From Trypanosoma brucei (taxonomy: Eukaryota): 64,000 nt of DNA. The translations under genes and the position numbers were made by a program. The stretch covers positions 672,001-736,000 of the forward strand of contig CP000068.1 in assembly GCA_000002445.1 (NCBI GenBank), written 5' to 3'. Each line of letters starts with the position of its first letter. Positions within the stretch are counted from its first letter, which is position 1. The notes beneath the pieces are model-generated. The model was not told the origin of the DNA. It saw only the letters and a program-made list of their open reading frames with translations, and made no database searches. This document shows, piece by piece, positions 43,301 through 52,865 of this stretch.

Positions 43301-44068
43301 AGAACGCAATGGAGGCATGCCCGCTGTTTGATGCGGCTTCTTTCCCAAATCGAGCGTCGCGTGTGGGGGTTTGAGAACCCGATTATGGTGGTGCCTTGTG
43401 TGCAGGAGACTCCTGCACTCCAGCGACTGCTGCTGTCGGAGGACCCCAACTGTGTTTCATACTCGCTCGAACGTCTCCAAGAGCTGTGCGATGCTGGAGT
43501 CAAAGCCAGCAAAGAGTGGTGCGATCTAGCTAAGCGCTTGTGCGAAGAAGTTCCAGTGGTAAGTGATACCGCTGCCAGTGAAGCGTTGGTTCGTCGGTTG
43601 CGCTCCGAGGTCGCAGCTGTTCCCCGTGTCGTATCCCTTTCGTCCCGTGGAACGATCGAGTTAACTAAGGGCGGACAGGCCTTTGTTATCCGCGTAACAG
43701 GACGCGTTTTATGCGCGTGCTCAACAGTCGGCGGCTCATTGGGACCGTGGTGGATAGCTTGTGTCGTCCGGCACAGCGGTCGGGAACATGTCACAGAAAG
43801 GCTTATGGCGCTTCGCACTGTAGCGGCGGTAGTGGAGCCAACAACAAGGGACACTCAGGGCGGCAATACGCGTGATAAAGACGCCACTGGAAAGGACCTC
43901 ACAACTCCACCACCACTGCTCTCAGCCTGGAGTATAGAAGAAACACTTTCATTTCCTCTACACGCTGTGGATGGCGAGGATCTTGATACAATTACGATGG
44001 TTGCTATCGTGATTTCGGCGAGGTATCGTGCCGATGCGGAGGTGGACGTAACCTTTGCAGCGGGATAA
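37340..44068 (+). CDS. BRR2: Brr2 / U5 snRNP 200-kDa-type Ski2-like helicase with two helicase-Sec63 cassettes (ASCC3-like alternative not excluded)
   Basis: 2242 aa. Cassette 1: VCAPTGAGKTNVAMMAIL, IIDEVHLL, SATLPN, FHHAGMSREER. Cassette 2: VAFPPGSGKTAVAEIFIL, VIVDHVHLL (DHVH instead of DEVH, i.e. a degenerate second cassette as in Brr2). Confidence 0.7.
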   Translation: MTYGSMMAAITRYSPHSERTRVHYERFLRDIRRWLPPGLDDSIGEVAEETLSIVCRAGSGGFSGSGAATQLQNVRKQLETLFDSPLSAETLNEVLQYGRLIDDFVSTEDEPGAHTNNVVAEDGLSDLLLMQEGKGQRKPSDMSSSDSDGDTQKADYGKGRDLMKFAADVDSINDGFDDQNDDDDANCTNAIRVTFEEVACNPNYIRDSLRRLFPTQTIEECDLQAERVLQYCGKRSVDQLTLETQLTAFLGGYDDEAVTDWIATVAASRWDIVYGMSFASKQTQKEKSLVMDAVKEHARTDRVVERLYQSITGKELDNKPHSGERGNDADGSKPLRRVDLQAYAFKDERTPHQYTHAVVPQGTKRAVFETHDEVILPPTASATENLPCTPLAVFPEWARPAFPGVTQLNPMQSKIFECAFRSDENMLVCAPTGAGKTNVAMMAILRAISNNMSRTGLVNLRELKVVYVAPMKALVQEVVRTFSARLEPLGLAVIELTGDSGANQAQVGGAQLIVTTPEKWDVVTRKSVELGVASLLKLLIIDEVHLLHNERGPVLEAIVARTLLQQQHRCEAGIRLVGLSATLPNFHDVASFLQVDRQRGLFVFDSSYRPIPLQQTFCAVKKVRGTNQAAVMNLVVYDKVLEAATEGAQSLVFVHSRKDTDYTALYIVRRVVDDKRTHYFVRPGSDSEQVLREAVSDPSNSLRPSIQQMLPFGFAVHHAGMSREERSLVESLFAGGHVRVLVCTSTLAWGVNLPAHQVIIKGTRVFNAAKGETELLNALDVLQMFGRAGRVGFGSTLGRAAVITSAEDLQYYLSVLNNQLPIESQMMRRVVDMLNAEVVLGHITNLDEGVRWLQRTYLYIRMRRAPEIYGARASSNDPLLLRHLGNIVHTAADDLRRSQMVEYDSNTHRIATTSLGRIASHYYLTTTSMATYLTYLCNTMHDVDLFRLFSMSKEFSHIIVRPEEQSQLQYLLENAPIAVRESRYTPLAKINVLLQCYISNMNLQGLPLMSEMSYVKDSAQRILRALYEISLVREYGRTAQQMLQLYLMTVHQQWAVQSPARQLRHTVPPKVFASFIHALESRRVSWEEVRSWSLEDLVEKLSDERRAEAAYACIRRVPHFIVEAAVRPLTRRMLYVDVDITPDFMFDETVHTGTSGELVITVEHTNGRILHCERINLRAAALRGCETVSSPTIVVPVVDPKPTHYFVRCHSMNWLGVESSVAISLMNVLLPDIAPPLLEVHHRPPSVRSEDERDVSTAMQPYGMEAAASKVFPFTEFFQIQHDLVAPIMENRGESFFVAFPPGSGKTAVAEIFILKFLLECAHSRSANGVSSPVGGGNEEENNDGGESILRTEQKLLYLTATEACAMRRYNEWRYKFGEELNQRVAKLEPYGEELAIKAEKVRGATIIISCGSSFAPLLRHGAMDFLSAITHVIVDHVHLLRAPEGRWMEECVARLQSKPYIVNRGQGPARLLALSYPLISCTEVSRWMKVPTARQYNYGNSYRQLRVRLEAVEQFSARSRYAAATISVLKLLQNDRYAVSPCVIFVPTAQDAEELARRIVLRCRDFVPTDACEDVEDRQLALLLASGVAYMHRGSSLLDELNITEKVERPARHPKTDEPLPLYLVCSFEAAWRLPAALFATAFVCAAERIGNVCEEDKESEVGDFATDCSVSELLQMTSRALNEAVVYCRAARRWVWSRLLNDPLPIESHLRYPEDFRDTINTAVAQGRARDMPDVLRILQSHYFLHHLRTNLHFYGVPSKEDIPAYASEFARSVIASLQRTGCVTSSSNSASSTGCDGDELTALQPTPRGVAAMRHGISIESLEAIDEAVSANSRCGDSVTRMWRVIASCCVELTPQHVGDAARIVDIAELSALHVVARAFPHTYDVQYLDMDFSKGWTKVHLLVLAHCARMFVLPVSCDDGGVEAERGEIDALHPFASRSSLAVEPQLLLQIPHSVAERLLEDLNVLLPVVLDLVRGVSEIFDGRTQWRHARCLMRLLSQIERRVWGFENPIMVVPCVQETPALQRLLLSEDPNCVSYSLERLQELCDAGVKASKEWCDLAKRLCEEVPVVSDTAASEALVRRLRSEVAAVPRVVSLSSRGTIELTKGGQAFVIRVTGRVLCACSTVGGSLGPWWIACVVRHSGREHVTERLMALRTVAAVVEPTTRDTQGGNTRDKDATGKDLTTPPPLLSAWSIEETLSFPLHAVDGEDLDTITMVAIVISARYRADAEVDVTFAAG

Positions 44069-44968
44069 GGTCAACTGGAGGGACCAGTTGAGGGGCGTTT
44101 GGGCGAGGGAGGGTGGTGACGACGAAGATAAATAAATCGATAAACATTTTCTATGGGGGAGGAGATAATACATGTGGGTGTGAGCGTGTGTGTCAGTTTG
44201 TCATTTGAGGGGTGCTGACACGTATGAAACCTAGGAAATTCAGCAGGAGCGAAATTTGAATGTGTGCACTGACAGTGGTAAGTGGAGTCTCTCTAAACTG
44301 ATCCTCCTTTCGAAAGATAATGCTGAAAACACACTAACAGTTTCAACGGACTAATACTCCACTTGTGCTGCCCGTGCAATTTTTGAAAAAAACTCTCCCG
44401 GCGGCGCCCGGTGCTGCCCCCAGAGATACGAGGGGTTGTAGCCGTTTATTTTACAAGTCAATTGTGTTCCGACTGCTTTCTCTCACGGTTTTCTCTTTCC
44501 TTCCTGCTGCTTGGCTGGATCGTAAGATGTAGGACGAAGGGAAAGAAAGTGATAACCTATCCGACCTTTCGATTTCTTGTTGCGCGTGGCATATAAAAGG
44601 GGGTTGCATTCATATACCGACAGCGAAGCAGACGCGCGAGCAGACTTAGAGGTGGTTGTAAGTGTGCACGTGAACGCCCGCTGCTACCTTTGCAAACTAC
44701 AGCCACGGTATCTGATCTTTTTTTTGGCGTGTTGATTGATTAGATTCCCCGTTTATCGGTCGCGACGTTAGGCGCGCGGGCTTACGTTAGCGACTTAATC
44801 TCATATTCTTTGATCTTACCCCTTCCACTTCAGTAGGCTGGAAGGAAGAGGAGTTGAGAATAGGGTCGAGAAGGAAAGTGCTTAAGAGCTGTAAAACGCA
44901 AGGCGTCTGAAGGCTTTGCCTCTCTAGGGAGTATTTTGAACCTTGTTTAGCCGTGGCACCAAAATACC

Positions 44969-44984
44969 GTGTGTGTGTGTGTGC
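44969..44984. repeat. (GT)8 microsatellite
   Basis: gtgtgtgtgtgtgtgc. Confidence 0.85.
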
Positions 44985-45125
44985 ACGCGTCGTCATCATC
45001 ATCAGTTCATCGGTACACATCATTACTGCAGGCACGTGCCCCGACTGGGTGGCGTCATTTCCGTTACACACGACAACTCGTTCCCACTGTAGACCAACGC
45101 TCACCTGCGAGAGTGCAGGAGAGAG

Positions 45126-47957
45126 ATGCAACGTGCCCAGATTCTCAAAGCGGGCGCAGTTTGCGCCGGTCGTCGAGAGAAATGCTCGGCAACCTCCTCC
45201 GCATCCTCGGGCTCTTCACCGAAAACAAACAGTTCAGGTACTTTACAGGTTTGTCGAGGGCGGCAACGGACTGTTAGTGAAGCACCATCCACCCCAGGAA
45301 GCGAGGGTATACGGTTCGGGGTTCAAGGATCCCTTCGAAGATTTTGGAATAGTCGTTCACAGTCAGGGAAGCCCATTGCTACCGATGCTTCCGTTGATGG
45401 GAAGTGCACAAGCATAACGACCGATGAGGTGAAAGTGCCGTCTTCCGTCTCCGTTTCCTCGCCTATCCACGTGTGTGACGATGTGGTTACCACGAAGGGT
45501 GACTGTGGGTTAGTGTGCACTGGGACTCAAACTAGCGTGGAGTTTTGTCGACATCTCAGTTTGCAGCAATGCGGTGTGGCCGTTGAGCACGGCGTTGATT
45601 CAAGTCTTCACAGCGAGGGATTGCTCCCAAAGCTGCGGTACGGCTCGAGGCGAATGGTTAAGCGACTGATGAGACGTCTTCGGTTGCCAAGTACCTGGGA
45701 GGCAACACTCATTCACTCACTTAACGAGGCCAGAGGGAATCCACACACTGTCGCTGCCGCATTAACCAAGCAGCTGGATAGCAGTTGCGGGAAGTTAGTG
45801 TTACTTCCGCCTATAACGGCTGTGGGTGGGGAGAATCTGGAGTGTTGTAGAACACAATATAACACACAACGTACTGATGAAGTACCTCGTGTGCAGGGTG
45901 GGGAAGGTGTTTCGGATGAAATCACGCATAGTCCCGTGCGGCGTATGGATGGTGCCCCGCCATTGACTGTCGGAGAGGTAAGTGGTGCGCAGCCCAACAA
46001 GCAGAGGGCTTTCCCCTTGCAAACCACGAATGCATCGGCAGAGGACTCAAATTTATCGGCATGTGTATCCGGGAATACACCCGAAGGTCCGGCGCGTCCG
46101 TCGTTCGGTGGTCTTGACCTGGACACCGGCGTGGGTGCCGTGGGCAGGAAGGGTTCCATTGTGGGAACACCGTCGGGATCTAGCGAGAATCAGCCAGGGG
46201 ACGCGAACAAAACCTCGACCCTAAGGACGAAAGGTGCCTCCACCGCCGCCTCCGGGGGATTGCCGTTGAGAGCACCACGGGTAGGGGAAGACTTTCAGTT
46301 ACAGGAGGTGTGTAAAGTAAACGCACCGTTTGCGGATGGTTCGTTGCGGACTGACTCCATTTTTCAGTTGCCGGGCCTGTCGTGCAGGGAAACACCATCA
46401 TGTGAGCAGAGTTTGCCAAAGGCGGGCCTGGAGTTGTCGTTGTCAACTGACAATAAGGAAGCGAGTCGTATGGAGGGCGTCGGCGGCGCATACTTCTCCG
46501 GGGGGAAGGGGGGCGCATGTCCTTCAGAGAAGTTCTGGACATCGAGTCGCTCAGTTGATGAAGCAAACCCGGTGGACCCATTTGCAACGGACGGGACATT
46601 AAACCGTGCTGTTCTTCAGAAGACTGCGTTTGCTACACCCTTAACTCCTCCATTGATCAGTGCAGCAGCTACCGAAGAAGGATGTGTGCCTCCGCCACCC
46701 ACGCTCAGCGTAGGAACCACCGAGGACAAAGGCATTCCCTCATTACCGCCACCACCACCGCCGCCACCACCGCCTGTTCGAGGGAAAGTACCGGAAAACC
46801 GCCGGTGTTGTAAAACGCGCAGTGTTCCCATAGATAAAACACAATACATCGCGGGGAGCTCGGCGTTTTGCGCGAGTGAGCCTGTTAACCTGCCTGGAGA
46901 TTTTTTTCAAATTCTCGCGGAGGAATTCAAGCTTGCCGAATCCTCCTCCACAAGGAAAGCGCCGGGTTTGGTAGCAGAGACCATTGTCAGTACAGATCGC
47001 GAGAAAAACGTTGGCGTGGTGCTGCGTGTTCTTCGGCTTCCTGTGAGTACCATCGAAGAGTGCGTACGCAGTTTCGACGATGATACGCTATCGGAGGAGT
47101 GTGTAGCTAGTTTGGCCAAAGTAATTCCCACAAAGGAAGAGAGGCGTTTGGTTGAATCGTGGATTAATCAAGACCCTGCTGTTGAGGCATGTAAGTTGCA
47201 TCGATTGAGTACGGTGTCCCAGTTTTTCGTTATGTGCGTCTCAGTTGACTTGTACGCTGAGCGTATAGAATGCTGGAACATGCGAAACGAATTTAATTGC
47301 CGCGTTGAGGATCTTGAACAGAAACTGAAGCGTGCTCATGACGGCATTCGGGCGGCCCTGGACACTAAACGTCTGCCAAGGGTTCTTCAGTATATTTTAG
47401 CGATCGGCAACTTTCTAAACGCTGGTAGCAGGTATGAAGATGCAAAAGGATTTTCGATCTCCCAGCTTGACCAGATAATACAGTTCCCGACTACGGACAG
47501 AAAGCGTACTTTACTGGAGCATGCTGTGATGGTCATTGAGCGATGCGAACCAGACTTGCACCGATTTACACAAGAGTTGCTACCGAAGGTGGAGTACGCA
47601 GGTGGCTTTGACACGGTCGGCGTCACCAGTGAAATTCAGTACCTTCGAGAACGATTGGAAAAATGCGTGACGCTGGTTCATACTATTGCAGAAGATAATC
47701 CCTGGACTTCAAAACTTGACCCTTTTTTACGTAGTGCCCTACCTGCAATGGAACGTATCGAGCAGCATCACAGTGACTTAGAGGCTGTTAGCGAAGAATT
47801 GGCGATCTTCTTTTGCGAGGACCCAAAGACGTTCCCCATGAACAAAGTCATGCGATGCCTCTCGAGTTTTGCGAAAAGGTACGATGGGAAGAGGGCCCTA
47901 TTGCAGGGGAGGAAAATGAACCCTTCTAAGAACCCCCGTCGTGCAATTAGAAGTTAA
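45126..47957 (+). CDS. Formin (FH1 poly-proline tract + FH2 domain)
   Basis: FH1: SLPPPPPPPPPPPVRG (about 46740..46790). FH2: LAKVIPTKEERRLVESW...RLPRVLQYILAIGNFLNAGSRYEDAKGFSISQLDQI (GN-x-L/M-N formin motif). The true start may be a downstream Met. Confidence 0.7.
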   Translation: MQRAQILKAGAVCAGRREKCSATSSASSGSSPKTNSSGTLQVCRGRQRTVSEAPSTPGSEGIRFGVQGSLRRFWNSRSQSGKPIATDASVDGKCTSITTDEVKVPSSVSVSSPIHVCDDVVTTKGDCGLVCTGTQTSVEFCRHLSLQQCGVAVEHGVDSSLHSEGLLPKLRYGSRRMVKRLMRRLRLPSTWEATLIHSLNEARGNPHTVAAALTKQLDSSCGKLVLLPPITAVGGENLECCRTQYNTQRTDEVPRVQGGEGVSDEITHSPVRRMDGAPPLTVGEVSGAQPNKQRAFPLQTTNASAEDSNLSACVSGNTPEGPARPSFGGLDLDTGVGAVGRKGSIVGTPSGSSENQPGDANKTSTLRTKGASTAASGGLPLRAPRVGEDFQLQEVCKVNAPFADGSLRTDSIFQLPGLSCRETPSCEQSLPKAGLELSLSTDNKEASRMEGVGGAYFSGGKGGACPSEKFWTSSRSVDEANPVDPFATDGTLNRAVLQKTAFATPLTPPLISAAATEEGCVPPPPTLSVGTTEDKGIPSLPPPPPPPPPPVRGKVPENRRCCKTRSVPIDKTQYIAGSSAFCASEPVNLPGDFFQILAEEFKLAESSSTRKAPGLVAETIVSTDREKNVGVVLRVLRLPVSTIEECVRSFDDDTLSEECVASLAKVIPTKEERRLVESWINQDPAVEACKLHRLSTVSQFFVMCVSVDLYAERIECWNMRNEFNCRVEDLEQKLKRAHDGIRAALDTKRLPRVLQYILAIGNFLNAGSRYEDAKGFSISQLDQIIQFPTTDRKRTLLEHAVMVIERCEPDLHRFTQELLPKVEYAGGFDTVGVTSEIQYLRERLEKCVTLVHTIAEDNPWTSKLDPFLRSALPAMERIEQHHSDLEAVSEELAIFFCEDPKTFPMNKVMRCLSSFAKRYDGKRALLQGRKMNPSKNPRRAIRS

Positions 47958-49237
47958 AATGGGTGTGGAGAAGTGAAGGTTGAATTGGCCCCATGCCGCC
48001 GCCCGGAGAGACGTGAGTAAATGCTCTCTGTCACTTGCAGCGGAAGCGGACCGTCGCATATGTTCAGCTAGCGGTCGCGGTTTAGTGATATGACGTTTAC
48101 CAGGGTACGCGGAGTGCAACGTGAGCATGAGCATTTTTCGTTTCCGTGTCGACAACTATGGTTTGTAGAGGTCCTCATCCACATACACCACTGTTTTTTT
48201 TAAATTCTATATGTCTTTGTGGATGTTGTGGAGATGCTTACGTAGCGAGATAATTCGCCGCGAGGAACAGGGATGGATCCCGCAAGGAGTACATCACTCT
48301 TGAAGTTTGACAACAGTGTTTCATATTTGCTGCTAAGTGTGTGTGTGCATGTGTGGTAGTTGGAAAAATATGCAATGAAGGGAGAGGCGAGTGCCCAGAT
48401 TTTCAAATCAACTAGAAAAAGAGATAAAAAGCAAGAAACAACGTGAAAAGTTAAAAGTGGTCTTGTTGTAAATCCAAAAGTGTTGCAACCTTCGTATTTA
48501 CGCCTAAAGTGCATTTGTATTTCTATATTTGTTTCAACAGCGCAGCACTTGCTGCTGTTTTTTTTATTACTCCCCACTGGGTTTGGGACCCTTAAAGTCA
48601 TTGTCCACGTGTTCGCCATTTATTTTCATTCACTTTTCGCTTTGGTTATTTTCGTTCATACAAATGCAATTATTAATGTTGTTACATTGAGTGTCACCCT
48701 AACAACTTTTTCCATTATACATTCTCTTGTTATTCCGTGCATAATTTTTTTTTTTTGCGTATGGTTCGTGTGTGTGTAACCGCGTTATTTATACCGTTCT
48801 GTTTAAAGATCTATTAGCTCAGATTTCCGGTGACCAGTTGGACTCTAGGTTGTGCTGAAGGGTTAAACTTGCTTGTTTCACGGAGAAAAGAGCCCTTCCA
48901 TCCAGTTCCAACGAACACCCCATTTTCACAGAAACTTGATTTTTCTTTCACTTCACCGTGTACGTCAGTCTTGTTTTCATTTTAACTTTACTGACTTGCT
49001 TTGTCATGCATAGTTTCCCTTTGAGTGTAGAGTGCGCGCTAGGAAGAGTGGAGGTGGTGAACATGATACCTGTGGTTTCGAAATGTTGTCCTGCCATCAT
49101 GTTATTGAGGTAATGTTACGCTGTTACCCCAATTGGTGTACATTTGCGATAACACTGACTCATTGTGAAACTGCTTCCCCTTGCTTTATTTTCTTGTTCT
49201 TGTTCATCCTTTTTTTTTCTACTAATTTTTCTCGATT

Positions 49238-51478
49238 TTGCGAGGCAGTGGTTGGGTCGCCTGCGGGAAATACCGTTTAAGGGCCCAGGAGAGAAGGCAG
49301 GTTGTCCTCGGTTTACCTCTGTGCTTCATAAATCAGCAACTCATGCGCGTGCGAACAAAGCGAGAAGGCGTTAGCAACAACTTTGGAAGCGCTTATGTCA
49401 ACTGTGAAATCATCAGTGCCTTCATCAAGCAAAAAAGGGAGGAAAACTCCTCCTCTGGACTTTGTCCGTCCGCGCACACCGCTGTAGAGTGGAGTATCCG
49501 AGCTGGTTCCCGAACAGCATTTTTGCTTCACGAGGTTCCCATATCCTGTGGACCGTCATCTCCCGTTGGTAAGGAGTGTGGTGCACCTGAAAACAATGAC
49601 AATTCCGTCGAGAATGGCGACACCGGGACATATAAGTTGGTAATAGGTGACGAAGTTGTGTCTGCCATAATGAGTGCAGACGATGAGTTGGATCGGTCCG
49701 ATGCTTTGCGTCTCCTTTCGCAAAAGCTTTGTGAAGTCTTTCGCATACCTGTGGGGATCACCACGGGCGACAACAGCCACGGTAATTGCCTGTGGAGTGA
49801 GGAGGGTTCGTGTTCAGTGTTGACACCACAAGAATTACGGGAGCTACCCTCACGCTGGATAATGCAGAGCCTAAACGAAGCCACCGTGGCGAGTTCACAC
49901 CGTAACGGCGTTACACTTCTTGATTGTGGCGCAACAGTGTGTTTGAAGTCAGAGGTTCTCAATGACGAGCCAAAACGCGAACTCAGTAGCGAGCCTGTGC
50001 GTAAAAGGAACTATAAACCTGGTAATGCGCCACAGTATCGGGTGTGTGACGTCGCTGACATGGCTAACGGGCAATATTGGGTTGAGGTGGAGCCGTTAAT
50101 AACTGGTCCAGAATCAACAGGATCTGTAGCCCGAAGGCGGTTTGATCGGGATGAGTTGCTGTTAAGTCCACCCCAACCCGTATACTTTGATCCACTTCTT
50201 CCAGTTGATGAGATAAATAATTCTCGTGGGACGTCGGCATGTCTTTTTCTTTCGGCAGTGTTAGCAGTTGGTCGGATACGTTCTGAACGTGCGGCAATCG
50301 GTGATCTGTCGATGTGGGACATGTATCCGAAAAATGTTACGTTGCAAATGGGTTACGCTTCGCGAGATATAAGGCGCAAAGTGCACGAACTGTGTGCGGC
50401 ACGTCGCGACGCTCTCCACGTGGAGGGTGGCACTGAAGGTACAGACGTGAAAAAAGAGGAGTTGGAGTTGCGGTTAGTTACTGACTACGTAACTTTGCGC
50501 TACAAGGGGAAAACAATTGAAGTCCTGCAACGAACGGTGGAACGTCTGTCGTTGCTATGGGACGCGCGGTTGGCAGTGAGAAGAGTGAGGGGGGCTAGGA
50601 GGGCACACGAATTATGGCTTGACGCTGTAGAAACACAGGCCGCATCAGATTTTTCTGAGAAGATACACGTTTTCAGCACCGTTGAGCCGTTCTTTATGCG
50701 CCTGTTTACTTTGTTGCTGCGGTATAGTTCACTGTTCGGTGATTTAGGTTATAATCAAGGGCCGCATGCCGCTGTTCCACCGGCAATCATGCAACAGTTG
50801 TGTCAGGTATTTGATATTCAGTGTGAGGCATTTGCAAGCCCACTCAATGCTCAGTTGCCGCTATTTTGCTCCCTGTTCCCCGACACTGATTACTTTTTTG
50901 GGTCACTGGGTTCCTTTTTCGACATCGCGCTGACAGCAGGACATTTTGAGGTAAATCCACCTTTTGTAACTGCGGTGTTACAGCGGCTGGAAAAATTACT
51001 GCTGAAAGACACCCTACCTATTAACGACAGTGATGGTGCTGCATCTATGTTATTTGTTGTAGTGCTTCCGTCCCACGACCTAGATGAAACTGAGAGGAGT
51101 GATGGCCTGGAAGGGGGAGCGCCGGTTGCAGGGAACACCACTCTGAGGCAGAATAATAACTGCGATAGGAAGAGGGGCCGCTTTGAAAACGATGGGAGAG
51201 ATAAAGGTGGCGGAAATGCTGTAAGCACCGACCGGGCACTACGGGAGAGTCCGTACTGTCTTGCTCACGTTCTTTGTTCTGCCCATGAGTCCGTGTACGT
51301 TGACGGACATCAGCACATGCTTCGTGCACCCCTTTTTTGTATTGGGTCTCCAACACGACTTATTGTGCTGGGAAATCGAACGGCCCGCCTTCGTTACAGC
51401 GACGCCGCAACGCGGTTACAATCTGTGCGAGAGGCATGGCGGGGCTACACCTTGGAGAACAGAGTTGATAGCCCGTAG
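49238..51478 (+). CDS. Candidate PCIF1/CAPAM-like N6-adenosine methyltransferase (NPPF motif). N-terminal extent uncertain.
   Basis: NPPF tetrapeptide at 50954..50965 within ...CEAFASPLNAQLPLFCSLFPDTDYFFGSLGSFFDIALTAGHFEVNPPFVTAVLQRLEKLL. The FASPLN / FPDTD / (F)E(A/V)NPPF / EKLL arrangement matches my recollection of the PCIF1 catalytic region. No WW domain seen. Confidence 0.5.
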   Translation: MRGSGWVACGKYRLRAQERRQVVLGLPLCFINQQLMRVRTKREGVSNNFGSAYVNCEIISAFIKQKREENSSSGLCPSAHTAVEWSIRAGSRTAFLLHEVPISCGPSSPVGKECGAPENNDNSVENGDTGTYKLVIGDEVVSAIMSADDELDRSDALRLLSQKLCEVFRIPVGITTGDNSHGNCLWSEEGSCSVLTPQELRELPSRWIMQSLNEATVASSHRNGVTLLDCGATVCLKSEVLNDEPKRELSSEPVRKRNYKPGNAPQYRVCDVADMANGQYWVEVEPLITGPESTGSVARRRFDRDELLLSPPQPVYFDPLLPVDEINNSRGTSACLFLSAVLAVGRIRSERAAIGDLSMWDMYPKNVTLQMGYASRDIRRKVHELCAARRDALHVEGGTEGTDVKKEELELRLVTDYVTLRYKGKTIEVLQRTVERLSLLWDARLAVRRVRGARRAHELWLDAVETQAASDFSEKIHVFSTVEPFFMRLFTLLLRYSSLFGDLGYNQGPHAAVPPAIMQQLCQVFDIQCEAFASPLNAQLPLFCSLFPDTDYFFGSLGSFFDIALTAGHFEVNPPFVTAVLQRLEKLLLKDTLPINDSDGAASMLFVVVLPSHDLDETERSDGLEGGAPVAGNTTLRQNNNCDRKRGRFENDGRDKGGGNAVSTDRALRESPYCLAHVLCSAHESVYVDGHQHMLRAPLFCIGSPTRLIVLGNRTARLRYSDAATRLQSVREAWRGYTLENRVDSP

Positions 51479-52865
51479 TCTGCCCGTGCATACGTTTATT
51501 TGGAAAACATTTTTGCTTTTCCCTCCCAGACTGCTAGGCGAGTTTTCTTTCTTCTAGCGTTATTTCAAGTGCACTACCGACGCTCTGGTGCCAGGCTTCT
51601 CACTTATTCCAGTAGAAGCTCCACTTCTGTCCAACATCGCGGGTGGAGCCCCTGCTTTATCTAATTTTTTTTCTCCTCCCCTTTTCGCATGTTTGTTTTT
51701 GTGGCTCTCGGAGCCCCTCCTCCCGACTACTTTTTCATTGAGTTGATGCACCTGCGGGGATTTGTGTGCTGTCGGTGCAGGATGGTTGGTGAAAGTTATA
51801 ACCACAACTCGCTGATTTCAAGTGCTCCTCATCCCCACGTTAAAAAAAATATTTATACTGTGTTTTTTTTTTGAGCGCAGAGGCACATTTGGAATGAAAT
51901 CATCCATCAATGTTGGCCAACCCGTCCTTAAAACGCTTCGAACCCCCTCTGCAGTTCATACCCAGTTTAAGAGGTGCCAGCGACTCTGGAAATTTTATAA
52001 AGGGGTGGTGATGTGGCGGCGAGCAGTTTAATATATTTATTTCTTCTTTGGCTGCTTTACGTTGAGCTTGTCTCGTGAGGCGTAGCGACACACTTACGGG
52101 GGGAAGGGGGAGGGGGACAGATTAAACCGGTTAATATTTCCTTCCGCTCTACCAACATCTCGGGGGGGGGGGAGGTTGTGATGCATGTGCATGTGCTTGT
52201 GTGTGTGGAAATACTCCAGTTATGCAGCATGAGATGCATATAGAAGTAGGAGAATCCCTTTATTCCTGACGTTTGTACAGATCCACGCCTGCGTACAATC
52301 AATGGAGCCTGAGCCTCTCTTTAACCTCGAGGTGCCATATGTCCCGTTGTTGGTTTAATTTTATATGAGGCATGAAGAAGGTGCTTGTATGCATGGAAGT
52401 TCTTGCTGCTGTGGGCTGTTCGACGTAGGGGACACACACACAAAAAAAAGTAGCGACAACGAAAATATTAACCGAAACGGTGGCTAGTTGTGCTTAGTCC
52501 CTTGTTTTTTTTCTGTGATTTCTGTTGCAAACTACATCCTTTTACTCCTTCATTATCTTGCACCGTCAAAATGTCGAGGTTGGCAATTTTTGATCCTAGT
52601 ACTGCACCGCAACAGGCGGGGAAGGAGGTGTCATCGAAATAAAGAGGGAACGACACCAGGGCAATTCACAAAACAAGCGGTGGCAAAAATATTTATCCCT
52701 TAACATCTTAGCGGCATTTGAACTTTGGCAGTTGATATTGGGAGTAAGAGTTTAAAAGAAGGTAAGACCAAACCTCGATCCCACAATCTCTTTTACCTTG
52801 TAGTGTCAGCTGCTTATACTCGGCACTTCTCATCACCTACGGCATTCGTTCGAGGAAACTCGTAG

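Noticed and set aside
45126-45420. Overlapping short ORFs (44953..45417 +, 45101..45292 -, 44787..45131 -) at the formin 5' end
   Set aside because: They overlap the long formin ORF or lie in its 5' flank. Their composition is not protein-like.
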